A program made the position numbers and the translations under genes. 32,000 bases of DNA. It comes from Vibrio cholerae ATCC 14035 (lineage in GTDB: Bacteria > Pseudomonadota > Gammaproteobacteria > Enterobacterales > Vibrionaceae). Below are positions 15,970-23,083 of the stretch, in pieces (the stretch's first letter is position 1; each line of letters opens with the position of its first letter). Location of the stretch: positions 210,001 to 242,000 of the forward strand of contig NZ_JHXR01000002.1 in the NCBI RefSeq assembly GCF_000621645.1, read 5' to 3'. Below the pieces are notes generated by a model, which saw nothing but the letters and a program-made list of their open reading frames with translations, had not been told where the DNA came from and ran no database searches.

Positions 15970-16697
15970 CGGGTCGCTTCCTCTAGTTGAGTCTCTGGGT
16001 TAGATGATTCTTCTTTGCCTTCCGTCAGATTTAGATAGAGACGGAACAGGTTGGCACCGACAATTTTGAAAATAAACATCACACCAACCGCAAGACCGAT
16101 AGAAGAAGTGACGGCCGCGGAACCATCCGCTAACGTGAGCGTAAACAGCACCGCACCCGATGAGAAAAAGTTAACTATGGTGGCACCTGCAGAGAATTGG
16201 AACATGGTAAACACATCCGCTTCACGCTTAGTCATATGCCCTTCATCTTTGAGCTGACGAGTCATCGCCGCACCCGCATCAGCACTTTGCAAAGAAGCAA
16301 TCAGCCCTAAACCTGAATTACCCGGAACGCCCATGATTGGACGAAGTAGAGGAGTCAGTAGCTTACGTGCCGCATCGAGCGCACCGTAATGTTCCAGCAC
16401 ATTGATCATGCCTAATGCAAACATCACGGTTGGAATTAAGGTCAGTGCGAAAAGAAAACCATCACGCGCACCACTACCACCTTGACCACGCAAAGAAGTG
16501 GTTGCCACTTGCAGGCCGTCGGCCGTTTCACTGACGTTGTAAGCAACCTTGCCAAAGGCACCGTTTAACGTGGTGAAATCAAATACTCCATACCACTGGT
16601 TGGATTGCAGCAAGCCAGAAAAAAAGACTACGGCGAAGGCTAACGCAATGTAGCATCCCCAAGTCACTTTTCGCTCCTGCGCTGTCGATTGACTCAT
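15966..16697 (-). CDS. yjiH: YjiH-like inner-membrane protein (nucleoside-recognition/Gate domain)
   Basis: 243-aa polytopic protein translationally coupled to the yjiG-like gene. A GAGG SD precedes ATG 16697. Confidence 0.65.
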   Translation of the reverse strand: MSQSTAQERKVTWGCYIALAFAVVFFSGLLQSNQWYGVFDFTTLNGAFGKVAYNVSETADGLQVATTSLRGQGGSGARDGFLFALTLIPTVMFALGMINVLEHYGALDAARKLLTPLLRPIMGVPGNSGLGLIASLQSADAGAAMTRQLKDEGHMTKREADVFTMFQFSAGATIVNFFSSGAVLFTLTLADGSAAVTSSIGLAVGVMFIFKIVGANLFRLYLNLTEGKEESSNPETQLEEATR

Positions 16698-17088
16698 AAT
16701 TACCTCTATAAAGTTGGAACAGATTGGGCGTCATGGTGCACGGATTGCGTGCTAGAGATAATGATCGAGGTCAATGAGTCGATGAAACTCATCTCACAAT
16801 GAAAAATAAAATTTTATTTTGTTAAAACAATACGAGAAAGCATGATCAATTAATTTATTTCAGCCTAAAGCCACAACAAACCACTTCACGCCACCGATGG
16901 AATAAAACCCTTTTCTAATGTTAAGCAAATCGCACCTTTCTAAAAAATGATGAATAAACAACCATTTCTAAGCTAAGTCACAACTTCAAATTCCGCATAG
17001 GTCTACTCTTTCTCAGGACTTTCTCCCATCACACCTTAAAACTTGAAGCCGATCTTCAAGAGAAGGGGATATCAACAGGAGTTTTGTT

Positions 17089-18522
17089 ATGACGGGCCGG
17101 ATCGCACTACTTTCTCTTACGCTTTTTTCACCACTCAGTTTAGCGTCTACCCCAGATGGACAAGCTTTAGATTTCACCCATTCGACGATCGGCTATGCCG
17201 CACTCCTCATTTTCGCCATCGCTTATACCTTGGTCATGCTGGAAGAGTATTTGCAACTACGTAAATCGAAACCGGTCTTGCTGGCTGCTGGGCTGATTTG
17301 GGCCATGATTGGCTATGTTTACCAACAAACAGGCTCGACCGAGGTAGCTCGTCAGGCCTTAGAACACAATTTGCTTGAATACGCAGAGCTGCTGCTGTTT
17401 TTATTGGTCGCCATGACCTACATCAGTGCGATGGAAGAGCGGCGTCTGTTTGATGCACTCAAAGCGTGGATGATCAACAGAGGCTTTAATTTTCACACTC
17501 TATTTTGGATAACGGGTTGGTTGGCGTTTTTCATTTCCCCGATTGCCGATAACCTCACCACGGCGTTATTGATGTGTGCCGTGGTCATGAAAGTCGGTGG
17601 TGAAAACCCTAAATTCGTCAGTTTAGCTTGCATTAATATCGTGATTGCTGCCAACGCGGGAGGAGCCTTCAGTCCCTTTGGCGATATCACCACTCTTATG
17701 GTGTGGCAGGCTGGGCATGTTAGCTTCCTTGAGTTTATGGATCTGTTTCTCCCATCCTTAGCCAACTATTTGGTGCCTGCCTTGGTCATGTCGCTCTTTG
17801 TCCCGCATCAAACGCCTTCCAGCATCCAAGAAGTGGTCGAGCTTAAACGCGGAGCCAAACGCATCGTCGTTCTGTTTCTCTTTACCATCCTCTCGGCCAT
17901 CGGTTTCCATGCATTTTTCCACTTCCCGCCAGTGATCGGCATGATGATGGGACTCGCCTATTTGCAGTTTTTTGGCTATTTCCTACGTAAAACGCTGGCA
18001 AGATCACTGGCTAAGAAAACGGCGATTGCCATGGCGAAGAATGATGAAGCCGCACTTAAACGTATTGGTTCCGTGGTGCCTTTTGATGTCTTTCGCAGCA
18101 TTTCTCACGCCGAATGGGACACTTTACTGTTTTTCTATGGGGTCGTGATGTGTGTCGGAGGCTTGAGCTTACTCGGCTATCTAGGTTTAGTGTCGGAAAT
18201 CCTCTATACCGAATGGAACCCCATCTGGGCTAACGTACTGGTTGGGCTGCTTTCTTCGGTGGTCGATAACATTCCTGTCATGTTTGCTGTACTGTCGATG
18301 CAGCCCGAAATGTCTCTCGGCAACTGGCTACTGGTCACTCTCACCGCAGGAGTCGGCGGCAGTTTGCTATCGATTGGCTCTGCAGCAGGTGTGGCGCTCA
18401 TGGGCGCGGCTCATGGCAAATACACGTTCTTGAGCCACTTGAAATGGACTCCCGTCATTCTGCTTGGTTATGTGGTCAGTATCGTGTTGCATTTGCTGCT
18501 CAATCATCAATCATTCACATAA
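17089..18522 (+). CDS. nhaD: NhaD-family Na+/H+ antiporter
   Basis: 477-aa polytopic transporter. Its size and sequence pattern match Vibrio NhaD as I recall it. ACAGGAG lies 7 nt upstream of the ATG. Confidence 0.8.
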   Translation: MTGRIALLSLTLFSPLSLASTPDGQALDFTHSTIGYAALLIFAIAYTLVMLEEYLQLRKSKPVLLAAGLIWAMIGYVYQQTGSTEVARQALEHNLLEYAELLLFLLVAMTYISAMEERRLFDALKAWMINRGFNFHTLFWITGWLAFFISPIADNLTTALLMCAVVMKVGGENPKFVSLACINIVIAANAGGAFSPFGDITTLMVWQAGHVSFLEFMDLFLPSLANYLVPALVMSLFVPHQTPSSIQEVVELKRGAKRIVVLFLFTILSAIGFHAFFHFPPVIGMMMGLAYLQFFGYFLRKTLARSLAKKTAIAMAKNDEAALKRIGSVVPFDVFRSISHAEWDTLLFFYGVVMCVGGLSLLGYLGLVSEILYTEWNPIWANVLVGLLSSVVDNIPVMFAVLSMQPEMSLGNWLLVTLTAGVGGSLLSIGSAAGVALMGAAHGKYTFLSHLKWTPVILLGYVVSIVLHLLLNHQSFT

Positions 18523-18587
18523 CATGTCTGATTGAAGCTGCTACCCGCGTCAAATGGTTCCAAAGAAACCACCTCTCTACGTTTGAC

Positions 18588-18989
18588 TCATTGAGTGTTG
18601 CTGGCTGACGCATTTTGCGGTTCTGCGTTCAGTTTGACCCAGTTATTACTGAGGTGGAACATGGCACAAGCGCTGCAAGTGAGGACTTCACCTTGTCCAT
18701 GAATGGTCATGACCAAATCATCACGTTTTTCTTTGGAGTTATTACGGATCTGGATCCGTAATGTTTTGCCATCAACGCTAAATGGGCGCTCCCATTTTTG
18801 CTGCGCCGAATGCATGTACACGACGCCCTGCCTAAACTCCAACACATCTTTGTTGTGCGGATTATCATACAGGCCATTAAAGGACAAGGTTTCGCGATTC
18901 ACAAAGTTTTCCAGCTCCTCTTGAAAACAGCCGCTTAATAGCAATACGCTCAAGATGAGAATGATGGGTTTCAAGTTGGCCACGTTCAT
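18588..18989 (-). CDS. hypothetical lipoprotein
   Basis: The signal peptide carries a lipobox (LLLSGC). The start lies only 10 nt downstream of the ogt stop, so it is likely co-transcribed. No family recognised. Confidence 0.6.
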   Translation of the reverse strand: MNVANLKPIILILSVLLLSGCFQEELENFVNRETLSFNGLYDNPHNKDVLEFRQGVVYMHSAQQKWERPFSVDGKTLRIQIRNNSKEKRDDLVMTIHGQGEVLTCSACAMFHLSNNWVKLNAEPQNASASNTQ

Positions 18990-18999
18990 AATCTTTTCC

Positions 19000-19473
19000 T
19001 TATCTTCGTTTCTCCAACTCCAGCAGGAAGGCTTTACGTTCTAAACCACCCGCATATCCGGTCAGTTGGCCATTTTTTCCAACGACTCGATGGCAGGGCA
19101 CAATGATCGAAATCGGGTTCTTGCCATTCGCGAGTCCAACGGCTCTTACTGCCTTAGGGTTGCCTATTGCTTCTGCCAGTTGTTGATAGCTCCATATTTC
19201 CCCATAAGGGATCTTGCATAGTGCGTGCCAAACCGACTGCTGAAATGCCGTGCCGCTGGCGGCCAACGGTAGCTCGAATTGAGTGCGCTGACCTGAAAAA
19301 TACTCATCCAGTTGGCGTATCGTTTTGTTAAGTATAGGACATTCTTTCACATAGTCGCCCAAATGCTCAGGTTGAGTCGTTTGGGTAGCAAACCATACGC
19401 CTAATAAGCCTTGAGAGCTCGCTTGTAAGGTCATTGGCCCGAGGGGGGATGAGTAGTCAGTAAAATGGCTCAT
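19000..19473 (-). CDS. ogt: methylated-DNA--protein-cysteine methyltransferase
   Basis: 157 aa with the active-site PCHRVV motif and an HTH-like DNA-binding region (NPISIIVPCHRVVGKNG). Confidence 0.9.
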   Translation of the reverse strand: MSHFTDYSSPLGPMTLQASSQGLLGVWFATQTTQPEHLGDYVKECPILNKTIRQLDEYFSGQRTQFELPLAASGTAFQQSVWHALCKIPYGEIWSYQQLAEAIGNPKAVRAVGLANGKNPISIIVPCHRVVGKNGQLTGYAGGLERKAFLLELEKRR

Positions 19474-20832
19474 TTAGTGGCTCCAGCAATGAAAAGTGGC
19501 ATAACTGCCCCAAGGGGCGACCGATTCGGCAGTTAACTGAGGAAATTTCGCCAGTGCTTTTTTCACGATCAAATCTCCGGTTAAAAAACAGTGGCTACGT
19601 GATTCACCGCGCAATTGCGCGTAATCGACAGTCCAAGGACCAATCCCGCTTAGCGATAACCATGCCATTGGCGAATCCATAGGATGCAACCGGACGTAGT
19701 CCGCCAAACGTTTTAAGGTTTCCTTACGCCTTTCCGGCATACGTAAAAAGCTTAAGTCGCTCATTTGCACTTGTTCTGGGGTTGGGAAATAACGTGTTGA
19801 CCCTTCGCTAGCCGCCAGCGTGGAGACTAACAAGTTCAATTGTCCAATTGCGGCTTTGACTGAAACTTGTTGACCGAGCACTGCGCGCACTCCCGCTTCC
19901 CATGCATTCCATACCCCGGGGATACGGATCCCGGTGCGCCGTACCAATCCCGGAGCTAACTGCTCTAAATGAGCCTCAATACTGATCAGGTCTGCATCGA
20001 GATCAAACATTCGTCGCAGCCGAGCGACTAAGTGGCGAAGATCACTCAAACGCTCCATCTCAAACTCAATGTCTAAGTGCGACTGTGCCATGCTCGCCTT
20101 AAACCATCCTGTACCTTCACCAAGGACAAAATGACGTTGATAGCTCTGTTCATCGATCAGCTCCATGCCTTCAATCGCTCGCAGACGATAAAAATCCAAC
20201 ATATGCGCCCAGTCAAAAGGGCCGCGAAAAGCTAAGCTCAGATGATTTCGAGAAGGAAGAGCGGCTCGTTCTCGCCGAACTTGGGTCGGCGTCAACCGAA
20301 ATAATTTTTGGAACGCATCATTAAAACGGCGGGTGCTCTGAAATCCACTGGCGTAAGCCACTTCGGTAATCGAAATTTGGCTCGTATGCAGTAATTGTTT
20401 GGCAAACATGAGCTGCTGGATCTGCGCATATTGTTTAGGCGGCATTCCTAAATGACGCTGAAAAAGCTGGCGCAGATAACGGTCACTGATACCTAAGCGT
20501 GAGGCTAAAGTCTCTAAACTGCCGTCCAGCTCTCCCTGCTCAATCAGAGTCAAGGCACGTAGAAATGAGGTTTCGGCTCCTTTCCACGCCCATGAATGGG
20601 GAGCGCTTTCAGGCCGGCAGCGCAAACAAGGTCGGTAGCCCGCCGATACCGCTAACGCTTGCGAGGAAAAATACTCAACATTCTCTTCTTTCGGTAGGTT
20701 GGCTGGGCAAATCGGGCGGCAAAAAATCCCTGTGGTTTTAACCGCAACAAAAAAACGCCCATCAAACCGTGGATCTCGGCTCATCCGAGCGCGTTGGCAC
20801 ACCTCTGCGGATAATTCATTAAGCAATGTCAT
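19474..20832 (-). CDS. ada: AdaA-AlkA fusion: Ada Zn-finger methylphosphotriester sensor + AraC HTH + AlkA-type HhH-GPD DNA glycosylase
   Basis: The N-terminus aligns with E. coli Ada (RDPRFDGRFFVAVKTTGIFCRPICP ... YRPCLRCRPE, four Zn cysteines). The middle is an AraC double HTH. The C-terminus is HhH-GPD (GIGPWTVDYAQLRG ... TGDLIVKKAL). Its stop codon directly abuts the ogt ATG (19473/19474), and AGGAGG precedes the start. Confidence 0.85.
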   Translation of the reverse strand: MTLLNELSAEVCQRARMSRDPRFDGRFFVAVKTTGIFCRPICPANLPKEENVEYFSSQALAVSAGYRPCLRCRPESAPHSWAWKGAETSFLRALTLIEQGELDGSLETLASRLGISDRYLRQLFQRHLGMPPKQYAQIQQLMFAKQLLHTSQISITEVAYASGFQSTRRFNDAFQKLFRLTPTQVRRERAALPSRNHLSLAFRGPFDWAHMLDFYRLRAIEGMELIDEQSYQRHFVLGEGTGWFKASMAQSHLDIEFEMERLSDLRHLVARLRRMFDLDADLISIEAHLEQLAPGLVRRTGIRIPGVWNAWEAGVRAVLGQQVSVKAAIGQLNLLVSTLAASEGSTRYFPTPEQVQMSDLSFLRMPERRKETLKRLADYVRLHPMDSPMAWLSLSGIGPWTVDYAQLRGESRSHCFLTGDLIVKKALAKFPQLTAESVAPWGSYATFHCWSH

Positions 20833-21090
20833 CCAAGCCTCCTGCTCGCTTTTTTGTTCAGTCTACCCAGTTCCGCTGTCTAGACTAGCCATTTTCGGAA
20901 CGGAATGCAGAGACTAAGCCGCAAAAGTTTCTTCAATAATTTTGAACAAGAGCATCAGCCTAATGGGATTCTCTGCGCAAGGCTCATCCCATAAACTTCA
21001 TTTCATCAAACATACAGACCATTTGAGTCGTTCGAAAATTTCAACCCAGTCTATCAGCGTATAGCCTGAGTCAACCGAGAGGATTTATTG

Positions 21091-21534
21091 ATGAATACTT
21101 TATTAAAAACTGCTTTAACTTCACCAAATTCATGGGCCCCCCTAGCACTGCGCCTTCCCCTAGCCATCATTTTTATGGCGCACGGTGCACAAAAGTTGTT
21201 TGGTTGGTTCGGCGGTTACGGCCTTGAAGGTACAGGTCAATGGATGGCTTCGATTGGCTTAGAGCCTGGTGTAGCGATGGCATTTCTGGCCGGAAGTGGG
21301 GAGTTTTTTGGCGGATTAGCCATTTTGCTAGGTCTGCTGACACGTCCTGCCGCACTGGTACTCTCCGTCACCATGCTGGTCGCGATTTTTAGCGTGCACT
21401 TTAGCCACGGCTTATTCTTAAGCAACGGCGGTTACGAGTTTGGCTTGGCTCTGTTGGCAGGCTCTGTTTCACTGCTGATTTCAGGTGCAGGTCGTCTGAG
21501 CCTCGATAATCTGCTACTAAAGCGTCTGGCATAA
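21091..21534 (+). CDS. DoxX-family membrane protein
   Basis: 147 aa with four TM segments and a DoxX-type motif (IFMAHGAQKLFGWFGGYGLEGTGQWM). ATG 21091 follows GAGAGGA. The ORF-track TTG at 21088 is one codon upstream. Confidence 0.8.
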   Translation: MNTLLKTALTSPNSWAPLALRLPLAIIFMAHGAQKLFGWFGGYGLEGTGQWMASIGLEPGVAMAFLAGSGEFFGGLAILLGLLTRPAALVLSVTMLVAIFSVHFSHGLFLSNGGYEFGLALLAGSVSLLISGAGRLSLDNLLLKRLA

Positions 21535-21550
21535 GTCACTTCAAGCATAA

Positions 21551-21583
21551 AGGGGGAATCGTGTTAAGCGATTCCCCCTTTCT
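21551..21583. terminator. bidirectional terminator between convergent doxX and hdfR-like genes
   Basis: 11-bp stem AGGGGGAATCG (21551-21561) / CGATTCCCCCT (21569-21579), with AAA before and TTTCT after. Confidence 0.7.
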
Positions 21584-21610
21584 CGTACCTAAGACTTAAT
21601 CAGTGATCAA

Positions 21611-22495
21611 TCACACGGCTTCCACTTTGCCCACCGTACGCACCACACTGAAAGGATCTAACGTTTTCATCAACTTCTCCACCTGCACTATCGCCTCAAT
21701 GGAAGAGCTGTTTTTGCGATAGCTCAGATAAAGTGGGCGCTGCCAATCATTCACCTCGGACACACGATGTAATTGCCCTGCATCCAATAAGGGTTGCACC
21801 ATGGTTTGCGGTAAGTAAGCGCTGCCCCCTTTCTCCAAAATGAAATCTAACGCAATTCTTGCCGTCGACGTTCTTAAAAAAGGCGCTGGCGCTTTAGGGT
21901 GGCGGTCGGCATGCTCTGAAGCAAAACGTGCGCCCCAATCGACATAAACGTAGCGATTTTCAAACACGCTATCGGCATCGTCAGGCTTGGTGGATACCAA
22001 CACGAGAACCAAATCAGCCACTTTTTTGCATTGCAATTCTTCGGCTTTGATCGGATCCAGAGCGAAAGCCATATCCAAAGTGCGCTCTAGCAAACCACGA
22101 TTGAGTTGCTCTCGCCCCATCACTTCCGCCAAAAAACCATAGCCTTCAAATGTATCGGTGATGCGGCTTAAACAGTGCTGTAAGTAAGCATCCCAAATGT
22201 TAGGCGTACCGCCTAATGTGAGCTGCAAAGCCTTACCGCTTTCAAGCGATAATTCAAATTTCGCCTGCTGCAGCGTTGCAACCATGACCTCAGCATACCC
22301 CACCAAACGCTCGCCTGCTGAGGTCAATTTGATGTTGTTACGGTCACGGGTAAACAACTGAGCATCGAAATGATTTTCAAGTTGCTTGATGCGCGCACTC
22401 ACCGCCGCTTGCGTCAAATACAGATTTTCAGCAGCACGACCAAAATGGCGAACTTTGGCCAGTTCAAGAAAGGTGCGAAAGACTTTTACGTCCAT
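21611..22495 (-). CDS. hdfR: LysR-family transcriptional regulator, HdfR-like
   Basis: The N-terminal HTH (MDVKVFRTFLELAKVRHFGRAAENLYLTQAAVSARIKQLEN..LFTRDRNNIKLTSAGE) is nearly identical in pattern to E. coli HdfR as I recall it. The gene is divergent from a yifE/maoP homologue, as in E. coli. ATG 22495 follows AGAGGAAA. The ORF track extends to 22531. Confidence 0.75.
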   Translation of the reverse strand: MDVKVFRTFLELAKVRHFGRAAENLYLTQAAVSARIKQLENHFDAQLFTRDRNNIKLTSAGERLVGYAEVMVATLQQAKFELSLESGKALQLTLGGTPNIWDAYLQHCLSRITDTFEGYGFLAEVMGREQLNRGLLERTLDMAFALDPIKAEELQCKKVADLVLVLVSTKPDDADSVFENRYVYVDWGARFASEHADRHPKAPAPFLRTSTARIALDFILEKGGSAYLPQTMVQPLLDAGQLHRVSEVNDWQRPLYLSYRKNSSSIEAIVQVEKLMKTLDPFSVVRTVGKVEAV

Positions 22496-22645
22496 ATAGT
22501 TTCCTCTGATGTTACCCGTGAAGATTAACAAGTAAGAAGTATTATGACGATAAAAAATTTTTGTTTTTCTTTTCCGAAGATTACGCCTAACTTTCGCCGT
22601 GACCCACGGCTACAAGGTGGTTGAACATATTCACACGAGGTTGAC

Positions 22646-23005
22646 ATGTCTGAGACAGCATTTCGTCAAGGAAAAAAACGTTTTTTCGATACTAAGAAGT
22701 TCCCAAGAGGCTTTGCTAAATCTGGAGACTTTACTCTAGCAGAAGAGGATATCCTAACTCGGTATGGCGACACTATGCTCGGTTTGGAGAGTGGTGAGCT
22801 ACAGCCCGAAAATGCCGATGAAGAACATTTTCTAAAAGTGCTCGCAAACCCAGAGTTAGCAGAAAACAAATTAGAGAAAGCTTGGTTGAAATACACCCGT
22901 CTGGCTCGTGGCCGCAAGCGTTTCCATACCTTGAATGGCCGCAACAAGCCTGATGGCGTTGAAGATTACACCGACGACGAACCAAGCTTGACTGAGGAAG
23001 ATTAA
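22646..23005 (+). CDS. maoP: DUF413/UPF0438 protein, YifE (MaoP, macrodomain Ori protein) homologue
   Basis: 119 aa. KKFPRGFAKSGDFTLAEEDILTRYG, RKRFHTLNGRNKP and the acidic EDYTDDE tail parallel E. coli YifE as I recall it. The divergent hdfR partner supports orthology. Confidence 0.75.
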   Translation: MSETAFRQGKKRFFDTKKFPRGFAKSGDFTLAEEDILTRYGDTMLGLESGELQPENADEEHFLKVLANPELAENKLEKAWLKYTRLARGRKRFHTLNGRNKPDGVEDYTDDEPSLTEED

Positions 23006-23083
23006 TCTTTCCTTCGGGCTACATAAATCATTTGTAGCCCTCTGACATGGATGGACGACGATTGGCGTCCTTTGGGAGGAAAG

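Noticed and set aside
17043-17264. 73-aa ORF overlapping the nhaD start in another frame
   Set aside because: The nhaD frame has a proper SD and a continuous 477-aa transporter. The overlapping ORF has neither.
20843-20855. Ada-box-like AAAAAAGCGAGCA on the minus strand, upstream of ada-alkA
   Set aside because: It lies immediately next to the AGGAGG ribosome-binding site, too close to the start codon to act as a -60/-35 activator site. The N-terminal alignment to E. coli Ada supports the annotated start, so the motif cannot be rescued by moving the start.
22587-22603. CTAACTTTCGCCGTGAC as a possible maoS-like site
   Set aside because: It matches only about 9 of 17 positions of the E. coli maoS sequence as I remember it, and my recollection of that site is itself uncertain. 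This is not evidence without comparative alignment.
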